Part shown: positions 24,967 through 35,160 of the stretch, one piece after another
How the letters are laid out: each line of letters starts with the position of its first letter
How positions within the stretch are numbered: position 1 is the stretch's first letter
Source of the DNA: Amphiscolops sp. MND2022
Taxonomy: Eukaryota
Length of the DNA: 64,000 nucleotides
Reading direction: 5' to 3'
NCBI GenBank assembly: GCA_964187785.1
Contig: OZ076417.1
Span: 24,924,001-24,988,000 of the forward strand
Translations under genes and position numbers: made by a program
The notes under the pieces: generated by a model
Databases searched by the model: none
What the model saw: only the letters and a program-made list of their open reading frames with translations
What the model was told of the DNA's origin: nothing

Positions 24967-27903
24967 GGGGCCCTCTCGCTTACAAATTGAAACGTAAAAA
25001 ATCAAAGCCTAAACACAAAAACAACTTGAAAGAACAAAGTGTTGAGAACGAATGGATTTTTCATTTGAACATAAGGTCTATCGACTACAATTTTGAAGAA
25101 CTAGAAACGCATATAGATACCTTTCGTGAAAACAAACCGTGTATTATTTGCTTGTCCGAAACATGGATGACTGAATCCTCAGACAAAAATGCCTACGCAC
25201 TAGAATCCTATCCACCTATGGAATTTGATCCTGGTTCAACAAGAAATGAAGGTGTTGCAATATATGTCCATGAATCGCTGGCATTTGAACTTTTGGAGCT
25301 TAACATACAGAAAGATTCTATTCCTGATCTAAACTATACTGGAGTCAATTGTACCGCTAGGAATAAGGAAAATTTTACCGTTGTATGCTTATACAATTCG
25401 CCTTCCGTAAATAAACATGATTTCTCGGATCAGTTTGAGTTACTTCTTGAGTCTCTTAGTCAAATTAAGAACTACTATCTAATAGGCGATATTAATATTG
25501 ACCTCTTGGAATGCAACCCTGTTGCAGATAGGTATCTGAAATTGTTGGAAATTCATGGTTGCGCCCAAGGAATCGAAGAACCAACCCGTGTAACGCCTGA
25601 CTCAGAATCGTTAATCGATCATATAATCCATAATGACTACCAAAGACCTCTGGAATTTGGAGTTATCAAGACGTATATTACAGACCATTTTGCAACCTAC
25701 GTTGATTTGAAAATAAGTAAATCTAAATCCATTCGTTCTCAACATTTTATTAAGGATAGACCGTTTCTCCGGGACGGTAATGCAACAAATCTCTATCTAA
25801 ATTACTTAAAACATTGCCTGGAACTTGTAGACATAGGATAGAACATCAATGCATCTACTGAATCGTTTGCCAATGCAATATCGGAAGCAGTTAATGCTTT
25901 CACAGTTGAAAAACAATCAGAACACCAAGATGCCGTAAGACCTTGGTTCACAAAGGAAGTAAAAAGGCCTTAATTCGAAGAAATTGTAGTTTCCACAGAT
26001 ATAAGCGCTGTAAAGCCTATCAGAACAAGCTACGCTACACAAGAGTTAGAAATAATGTGCACCAGCAGCTTCTTAAAAGCAAGCGCGAATACTACGATTC
26101 ACGTCTGAATGGGCTTATCAATTATCCTAAATGTTTCTACAAAGAACTAAACAAAACCACTAGTAAAGCAACAAAAAATTCCAACTTTGTTTTCAAGAAT
26201 GATAAAAATGAATTGAATACGGATGATATTGATGTGGCCGAATCGTTCAATGAAAAATTGTTTCCATCAGTAAAACCTTAGCTGCTTCAATTGATAATGT
26301 CCCATTCACGACTCATGGTATAAAAACTAATGAAAAATCACTATTTTTTTATCCAGCTGATGGCACTGAGATTTCGAGGATTATAAAAAATCTTAAGAAC
26401 CATAAATCACCTGGTCTAGATGGACTGACTGCAGAAATTCTAAAAGTGAGTCACGATGTAATAGTTGAAAAATTAACTCATCTCGTGAATGAATCGCTAA
26501 AAAGTGGAACTTTTCCTCAGGTTTTGAAAGCTGCGAGAGTGGTACCGATATACAAATCCGGCAGAAAATCTATACGTGAAAATTACAGACCCATATCTGT
26601 TTTATCAGAATTGAGCAAAATATTTGAACGTGTTGTGCATGAACGATTATATAATTTCATGGATAAAAATAAGCTATTATACCCAAGACAATTTGGATTC
26701 AGGTCAAAACTGAGCCCCATCCACGCTCTTTCCGATATTACAGAAATGATTAGGGATAATTCTAACCTCGACATTTCTTGTATTTTGCTTGATTTACAAA
26801 AAGCTTTCGATACAATAAACCATAAATTTCTCTTGTATAAACTCGAAGCATACGGTGTCAGAGGGGTTTGCTTGGATTGGTTCACATCATATCTAAGTAA
26901 ACGAAGTCAATGTGTTTCAATTAACGGTAAAGTCTCAAAACCATTACTTATTGACTGCGGCGTTCCTCAAGGATCTATTCTTGGCCCACTGCTCTTTATA
27001 ATTTATGTAAATTATTTCCCGAACACGTGTAAAAACATTATTCCGTTTCTCTTTGCGGATGATGCTGATTGCGTTTACGCGAGACCCAAAAATGAGATAT
27101 CTACATTACAAGATGAAGTTGAACACATTCCTGGATGGATGGCTATGAATAAACTTAGTCAAAATATTCCTAAAACTGAATTGGTCCATTTTTTAAACTG
27201 CAAAGATGAAAGCATAGTATTGAAAAATACTGAAATAACATGTACTGAATACGTTAAATATCTGGGTATCTTACTTGATAAAAATTTAACTTATGGTTTC
27301 CGCGTCAAACGAGTACTGAATAAATTAGCTAAACATGTATCCATTATTAACTGTCTAAGGCATTTCACCAGTAGTTCGGTAGTGATACGATTTTATAAAA
27401 CACACATGAAACCAATTATCCAATACGGACTCTTGATATATGGGTGCACGAGGAAGAGTGTACTGAATGATATATTTCTTGTTCAGAAAAAAATCCTCCG
27501 TATTACATATTTTAAAAACAGACGATATCCATCGCATGAATTGTTCAAAAGAAGCGAAATTATGAATGTTTTTGATCTTTACGTATTTGAACTATTAAAA
27601 TTCGCCGTGCGTTCTAGTAGAGAAAGTCAACTGAATAATATCAAGAGCGTATTTATCCACAAAAATTCAGTTGTTTTTACTCGGAGTGTTTCTTCCAATA
27701 TGTTTTATGTACCTGAAGCACGAACGCAAGTTAGCCGACAATCACTAAAATATCGTGGAACTGTCTTACTGAATCATCTACTAAAAACGAAGCTATTACC
27801 TCGCAATTATGAATCTATCGGTGAAAATGAGACTAAAAGATTGAAATTAAAAATTAAGAACAAAATAAGTAGCGAACGTCTGGCAGACATAGTTTTTTGT
27901 TGA
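24960..27903 (+). pseudogene. LINE ORF2 (APE endonuclease + reverse transcriptase), disrupted
   Basis: HLNIRS, CLSETW, GVAIYV, IGDINID, IDHII, TDHF (APE); LDLQKAFDTINH, GVPQGS, FADD (RT). Confidence 0.9.
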
Positions 27904-28404
27904 TGCCCTTGTGTTTGGAGGGTCCTCCCCCGTTTATGAATAATAACCTTTGGAGGGTCCCCTCTGGTGCTATATTTTTAATTGAACTGACTGCATTGTA
28001 CTTAACTTCTGTACTGGTACTATTGTTCAATTTTTTAAACATAGCATCAGAGAAAATTTAATTCTTTCTTTCTTCTTTCTTTTCCAGTTCATTATTTTTC
28101 TTTTCCAATAAGTCTGCCTGCCATTTCGGGCCGAGCCGTGAACCAAGAATAAGTTCGTTGGTGTTTTGGTCCCGAGGCAGATTTTTTGGAAAGATGCTAA
28201 AATTATAGTCATTATAACTATTATCCAAATGAACAATCGACATTCTTGCTTGAGAGTCAACTAGGATATTTCCCAGCTCTATGTAGTGCTCATGTTGTTG
28301 GACGTTACACATCTTTGACATTATCTTTCAGGGGTGACCTATGTTAGTCATTGAGGTTCTGTTTGCAAGTTGAAGCGTATATTTTGGCACGATCCTTTTC
28401 TTCG

Positions 28405-28481
28405 ATGATGGTGAATGAAAAAGCAGCGGAAACGCTGGGAAGCAAATATCTGAAGATCTGCATGGTTGTTTGCGCTTACTG
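28405..28481 (+). CDS. SLC35C1: GDP-fucose transporter, coding exon 1 (MMVNEKAAETLGSKYLKICMVVCAY-W)
   Basis: Not in the ORF track. KYLKI.xVV..YW matches the N-terminus of animal GDP-fucose transporters. Ends TAC TG|GTTAGC; the phase-2 split completes TGG with the first base of exon 2. Confidence 0.85.
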
Positions 28482-28699
28482 GTTAGCATAGTTTTGAATG
28501 ATCTTTAGCATGCTCTTACTATTCAAAATTCGAAAGGAATTGGCTTCTAAAAATGATCATCACTCCTTCTGGGGATCTTTTGCCGCAAAAAATGATTACA
28601 TGTATTGAAAAAATTCATTCTGATGTTCTACTCGATTGATGTTCTTCCCATGCTTTTCCTGATTGTTGGGAATATAAGCAAGAACAAGACGAGAACGTC

Positions 28700-29560
28700 T
28701 AAAGTCGGCGCCATATCTAAGGCTCAGAAAACTCAAACTTCTTGAAATTGTAAAAGGTGGGACCCTTTGGGTTTTTTCAAAATCCAATTTGTTGCGCGGT
28801 GTAACGTCTCAAAGATCGGATATAGTGTGCTGGGACAAATGGAAGCTCTTGTTTTCGAACCTCCGCCTCCTCCTTAGTAAAACAGAATATAATTCGTATA
28901 TAACGTCAAAAATTCGGATATAGTGCTCTACTCCATATTACGTCCAAGTTTCGGGTAGTTTTAAAAAAATTATTGGTGGATACATACTGAAAAAAAACTA
29001 ATTTCAGACAAAAAATGACAATTTTGAACAGTCTCATAGTGCCGAAAAATCTAAAAGAGGACCCTTTGCGATTTTTATATATCTATTATGTTGCAAAATA
29101 TTTTAAAAATTGAAGGGGGACCCTTTCGAGACATTAAAAAATTTTCGAAAAAAACGAAAAGTCGAAGAATAAGAATTTTGAGCCAGTCTCATAGTGCCGA
29201 AAAACTTGAAAGGGGAGACCCTTTGGGCTTTTAGAAACTTCAGTTTGCTGTAAAATATCGAAAAATTCGAAGAGGGGACCCTTTGGATACAAAAAAAATT
29301 CGAAAAATCGCACAGTGCCGAAAAAAACTCAAAGGGGGGACCCTATAGTCTCGTCCGGTTTTGTATCTTACGATAAAAATGGAGTTACTGAAAGGGGGGG
29401 ACCCTTTGCACTATCTTAAATGCACTCCCTGTTTGCCGATCCAGTACTTTAGTAGTTCTGTAAAAAAGTGTCCAGTACGCATACATTCTGTTATCTGACG
29501 AAAAAAAAAACTAGCCACTGTAATAGTCGGGCTCATTTTCTAAAATGCGGCTACTAAAAA
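28700..29560 (+). repeat. Abundant dispersed non-autonomous repeat family (GTCGGCGCC..TAAGGCTC start, internal AGTGCCGAAAA..GGGACCCTTTG subrepeats)
   Basis: Related segments at ~2670, 34870-35160, 43800-44050, 44870, 50640-50820 (-), 52600-52930, 56700-57096 and 62989-63530. Class not determined. Confidence 0.75.
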
Positions 29561-30149
29561 TAAGTAGTCTGCAATAAACCGCTCAGGAGCTGTCGGTAGC
29601 AGAGCCGCTACCCCATTTTTGGAATGTCTGGTCATCGAAGATATATCCCTGGTACAATTACGAAGGCGTCCATAACCTTACTTTACTTAAAATTGTTTTG
29701 AAATTTCTAATGGATTTTAGAAAGTGGTACGTTTTCAGAGTACCTTCAATCTAGGTATTTTATGGACGCCAAAACTGTCACTGGACGCCAATTCCACAAT
29801 TATAACCATTTTTCAATCTAGCTGAAGATTTTTTCACAGGATGACGAAATCCATTGAACTTTTATTTGATACCAGTCATGCACTGCACTTGGCATTTCAA
29901 AGGAGAACTTTTCATTGCTGCATGAATCTCTCACACCTTTGTTTGCTTTGTTTTCGACCTAATTGTTCTTTAGTTCGCTTTTACTTGATCAATTCCATCC
30001 ATCAACAATGAGTAACTCAAACTCAGGATTTAATTAACATCCGAAACATCAGTTTTCGCAACAGAAGCGAACCACAAAGCAAGTCAAAAAGTCAGGCCAC
30101 GACAATTCTGTTTGATATTCCTCATGCGTTATCACCTCTTCAAGACCTC

Positions 30150-30694
30150 GCCCACTTGTAACCTGATTATTACTGATTCACTAGGAAGGAACCTGACGTT
30201 CCCTAACTTCAATATTCTTGTCCTACCAAGTGCACGAGTTAGAGACGTGAGACCTTTCTTACCTGCGAAAGGTCGGTACGATTTGATTGTGCTCTTCATC
30301 GGAGGCAACGACTTACCAACCGACAACACTCAAACTGTTGCCAGGAACATCTCTGACCTTGCCGTAGCAGCATCTAAAGTTGCACGCAGAATCTTCGTTA
30401 TCGCGGTTCCTCCTCGGCTAGACATTCCCGACCAGGCCAAAGCAGTGAATCGACTCCTAGAAGGCAACAACGATCGCCGATGGCTTCACAGAGGCAGGCA
30501 TATCTCGAAGCATCTACAGCGTCGAAAAGCACACTACCCGAGACGACATCCACCTAGAGTCTAAGGTCATCAGTGGACTTCGCTCCATTTTGAAAAATCG
30601 ATTGCTTCGGAAAGCCTTCTGCCCTCAGATTGACAAACAAGGTCATCCCCCAACATACGAGTGCCGTCGGGGTCATTGTACCTGTCCGCGCTAA
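30150..30694 (+). pseudogene. SGNH/GDSL-hydrolase-like ORF with one frameshift (~30495-30515), inside SLC35C1 intron 1
   Basis: Block I IITDSLG, block II LPSA, block III IGGND, VPPR, block V DDIH in the shifted frame; Cys-rich end ECRRGHCTC, stop 30692-30694. Confidence 0.7.
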
Positions 30695-30819
30695 GTCACG
30701 TAAGCTGTCTTCAGGTAAGCGACTTCCCTGTTCAAGCAACTACGGTACTTTGTTAAGTTCATCGTAGCTATCGTCTATTCTGCTACAACGGTACCTTCTT
30801 AAGTTCCTCGTAACAATTG

Positions 30820-33800
30820 TCTATGCGCTGTATTCCCTCTTCTGTCTCCCATGAAGTTCAAACCACCCGACTTGCCATCAAAAGCGTCTCCCGAGAAATG
30901 GAAATGGTGGAAGAAATGTTTCGAGGACGGTTTACGTATCAATGGCACAACCGAAGATGCTGACAAATTAGTTTTTCTTCGTACATTTGTCGGCTCCGAC
31001 TTTTTCAATTTTTCACTCTCCTCGAAAGTTTTGCAACGTTTGCAGACGCTCTGAGAACATTGGACAGGCAGTTTCTGAAGCCCACGAGAGTGCTCTTTGC
31101 CCGTCATCAAATGCTCGTCAAAAGGACGACGAATCCATCGTACAATTTTCTGGAAGAAAACGTCTTGTTGAAGACTGCGAATGCACCAGCTTGACCGTCC
31201 AAGCACATAAAGACTATCTAGTACGAGACAGCTTAATATCGGGGCTTATGTCTGACGACATTCGGGCAAGACTATTGGAACTGGAAGACTCCAAGGCCGA
31301 CATCGATAGCTGCATATAACTTGCATGTGCTATCGAACTATCCAGGTACTTTTCCAAATCTTTCAGAAGTGCCGAATCTTCAACTGTAGCTGCAACCAAG
31401 CCGTTCTCCCAGACAACTCGGCGGCAACCTGATCGACCCAGGACCTCCGCTGCCCAACAGGTTTCGAACAAGCCTCGTCCGCGCTGTTAGTTCTGCGGTC
31501 TAAAACAGCAACCACGCTCAAAGTGCCCTGCCAAAAAGGACACTTGTCACAAATGCTCCAAAGCAGGACACTGGGTGTCGGTATGTAGATCGACCGCTGC
31601 CGTCTTACAACAGTCATCTGATGATGAACCCGAGACTGCCGCTGTTTTGTGCAGTACTGGCCTGCCTTTCTGAATTTAAGCCTAAAATTTGCCGGAAGCA
31701 ATGAACAAGTTCAAGCAATGATTGATACCGGGTCCACGGGCTTTTGTCAGCGCCTCAACAGCTGCCAAATATTGTCTGAAGGTCCGTTCGAAGCGCAAGG
31801 TAACCGCCTTGGCAAATGGCGACTCCCTGGTTACGTCAGGCACCGCTAAAGCTAAAATTAAGGTAAACCAAAAGACCTACCAAGTTGTCTTCACTGTCGC
31901 AAAACACCTTGTTGCGGACGTTATTCTCGGGCTTGACGTTCTCCGACAACATCATTCTGTCAGACTGGAGTTAGGCGGTGACCGACCAGAGACCGTTATC
32001 TGTGCCGGGCTAAATGAATTGGCGTTCCCGGCGACGAAAATTGCCCCTTCGACCATATTTTCCAACTCAGTTTATAGTGGCATACCTATTGCTACAAATC
32101 GCGTCGTCACAAACCGCAAGACGTCGCCTTCATGGAATCCGAGGTTAACCGCATGCTCGCTGAGGGCATAATTCAAGTTTCCACGTCTCCCTGGTGGGCT
32201 CAAGCATTTGTTGTTAGGGACGGACCAAGCCACGGATGGTGATCGACTATTCTCAGACAATTAATGGTCATACGTCCAAGGATATTTTCCCTTTCCCAAA
32301 TATGCAAGACCTGCTTGATCAAGCAGCCGAGAACACTATTCTTTCGAAAATCGATTTGAAGTCTGCGTATTATCAAATCCCACTCCATCGCAAGGACATG
32401 TCATTCACCGCGTTCGAAGTAAACGGACAACTTTTTGAGTTCACAAGACTTCCCTTTGGGGTCACAAACTCTGTAGCCACATTTCAACGAGAAATGAGCC
32501 TTTGCGCCGGCACAACCTGAAGCGAACGCACCCATATCTTGATGATGTGATCATCGGAGGCAGATCCGAGGAGGAACAAGAAAACCCGGAACTTCCTGAA
32601 GGCGGTTGAGGGTCTGACGCTGAACAAAGCCAAGTGCGTTTTTGGCTGTAAGACAGTACCAATGCTCGGTCACATCGTGGGAGCTGGGTCTAAACGCCCC
32701 GATCCGAGCCGAACAAAGACTCTGATGGATTTCCCTATCCCCGAAAACTCGTCCCAGTTGAAACGCCTTCTTGGTTTTTTCCGTACAACGCAAAGTGGAT
32801 TGCAGACTACTCAAATACGGTTGCTCCTCTGCTTGCAGCACAGAAACAACTGGCTTTTCCACTCAATCAAGCTTTTCGGCTGGCTATCGCAACTCTTAAG
32901 AAAGCAAGTTTCCTCTGCCGTACTCTGGCTGCCCCGGGTAAACGACTCTCTCGTTCTCCAAACTGACGCATCCGGAACCGGTATCGGAGCGACACTCACT
33001 CAGGGCGACAAACCTGTCGGTTTCTTCTCGAGAACTCATAGCCAAACAGCGAAATGGCATACTCAGTTGTTGAACGGGAAGCTATGGCTATCTTGGAAGG
33101 CTTCCGCCGTTTCTCAGACATGTTACGTACATCACTGGTTTCAGTTCGCACTGACTGAAGTTGATTCGCTGGCGCTTGGAACTTTCGGAATACAACTTCG
33201 AAATAAGCTTCCAGAGAGGTTGTCAGAACGTGCCAGCTAACGCCCTGTCTCGATTAGCGTCCATACAGCCCAGCTGTAAAACCTTACACGAGACACTGTA
33301 CGAGTACATTCAAAGGCACAAAGTCCCAATATCTTTAGATGAGGCTAAAAGGGTCACCGAGAACTGCAAAACGTGCACTATATGGAAACCGCGCTTTTTG
33401 CGGCCACCCGGTAGCGATCTTATCCGATTCTCCAAACCTTGGGAGCGACTATCAATCGACATTGTTGGCCTTGAACCAATGACTCGAAGCAAAACCAATA
33501 CTTCCTCAGTGGTGGATGAGTTTAGTAGGTTTCCCTTCGTCTTCCCTCTCCGGAACATCACGTCTAGTAGCGTCATCAAGTGTCTTTCGACTATTTTCGT
33601 TATCTTCGGAACCCCTGGGTTCATTCACTCCGACCGGGGCACACAGTTCGTCTCATCGGAATTCCATAACTTCTGCCGCCAAAATGGAGTTGCGTCCTCC
33701 AAAACTACGCCCTACCACCCTCAGGGCAATGGCCAAAACGAGCGCTTCAATGGAATTGTGTGGAAGGCCGTTCAGTGCCTGCTACACTCCACAAACTGCC

Positions 33801-34525
33801 CACTCTCTGACTGGGAATGTGTCCTACCATCTGCGCTCTCATTGATTCGGACACATCAATACGGTCACCGAGGAGAGTCCCCATGATCGCTTCTTTTGTT
33901 TCAAACGCGACGAGTCGCTGATCCGTCCCTCCAGTAGCGCACCTTGGCTCAGAGCAGACACTCCCGCGTACCTCCGGAAATTTGTAAGGGCGAAAGACCA
34001 AGCTCCAGTTGTGCCTGTACAGATATCCCAAGTCATCTTCTCACCTTGCACGAGTCTCCTTTGGCTATGGGGGAGTTGACACGGTTTCTACCAGTGACCT
34101 CTCTCGACGACCGGCGGATATTGACTATGAAGAAACGATCTCGCAACCTGGTGGTCAATACAAAGACAAGGAGACCAATGTAGACATCGGAACATCGGTT
34201 CCTGACATCGGAACGATTGTGAGCCACCTAAATTGTGGAACCAGTAAATGAATCTCAAATCAGTCCGGACTCTCCTGCTCCCACCTTGCGACGCTCGGCA
34301 AGGAACAGGAAACTACCTACATTCCTGGGCGACTTTGTGTTGGCTATGAACTAGAGACTCTCGAAGCGGGGAGTGTTATTATGAATGTATAATATATATA
34401 TGTAGTTATTATTACTGTTATATAATGTCGTTGTGGTATTTATGTTAGCCTAATCGTTGTATGTATGCTTCAGATGAATGCTTATCAAATAGAAACTTCC
34501 TGCAAGTAGTGTTTTCCCCACGACA
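30820..34525 (+). mobile_element. Ty3/Gypsy element C, degenerate; 3' LTR (~34374-34525) present, 5' LTR not found
   Basis: gag from 30851 (PEKWKWWKKCF); protease IDTGST; RT (KIDLKSAYYQI, LPFGVTNS, YLDD); RNase H (QTDASG); integrase (IHSDRGTQF, YHPQGNGQNER); PPT GAAGCGGGGAG then TGTTATT...ACA. Confidence 0.9.
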
Positions 34526-35160
34526 ATATTTTAGATCTGTGAACATATAGCTCAACTTCCACAGCTCATCTCGTGGAATTCTGCATTGAATTTTCGATTA
34601 ATACAAGTCTATGCACTCACTAGTGTTTTCGGTTGTATCATGCTTTTTTGTGCAAAACAGTCGAAAGGAATCAATGATCGTTAAAAAGCTTCAAAGGAAA
34701 GAATGGGCAATTGGCAACGAACAAGACTTTGAAAACAGTTTGAAGATTCTGAACCCTTAACAATGACCGTTGTTTGTGCAGATGAAGATTTTCCCCGTCG
34801 CTCCCTAAATGAAAACTTTCTTGAAAAAAGCTGTTTATAGGCATGGTTTTTCGTCGGTGTTTTTTTGATGTACCTGAAGTGACGAAAGTAGTTCTTTGAG
34901 TTCTATAAAATTTCATGGTGTCAAATTGAACCATTTGGCCTAGCGAACAGAATCGAAAAGGTTTTTCCGGGTAACATATAATACCAGGCGAGACTGAAGG
35001 GTCCCACGTTTGAGATTTTTCGGCATTGTGGGACAATATTTTCCGGAAAAAATTATCCCCAAAGGTTCCCCCCTTGATTTTTTCGGAGTTTTGGATGTTG
35101 AAAAATCCTAAAGGGTCCCCATTTCAGTTTTGTTTCGGCATTGTGAGACTTTTTAAAAAT

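Larger units (their letters stand above)
24173..28078 (+). mobile_element. CR1/L2-group LINE, apparently full-length (ORF1 + APE-RT ORF2)
   Basis: ORF1 24214-24966; ORF2 24960-27903 with a stop at 25839-25841 and frameshifts; same 3' UTR and TTCT-rich tail as the first copy. Confidence 0.93.
20700..28310 (-). mobile_element. CRE-like non-LTR retrotransposon remnant in three pieces (28079-28310, 23521-24172, 20700-20833) separated by two LINE insertions
   Basis: Pieces join in order: ILASFQK...ELILGSRLGPKWQADLLEKKNNELEK | LNGIVEKLDAHY...CISLPKLYFLRTS...QLALPAEMAGLGV...LNVIPCKNLGLKIDDHQLR | SLMKQTLG...PDGVT. This is the RT C-terminus, zinc-finger region and PD-(D/E)xK-type REL motif. Confidence 0.75.

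Noticed and set aside
29594-29612. CGGTAGCAGAGC resembles a tRNA-iMet PBS for Gypsy C
   Set aside because: It starts CGG rather than TGG, has no LTR before it, lies 1.2 kb from gag, and also forms a local GGTAGC/GCTACC hairpin.
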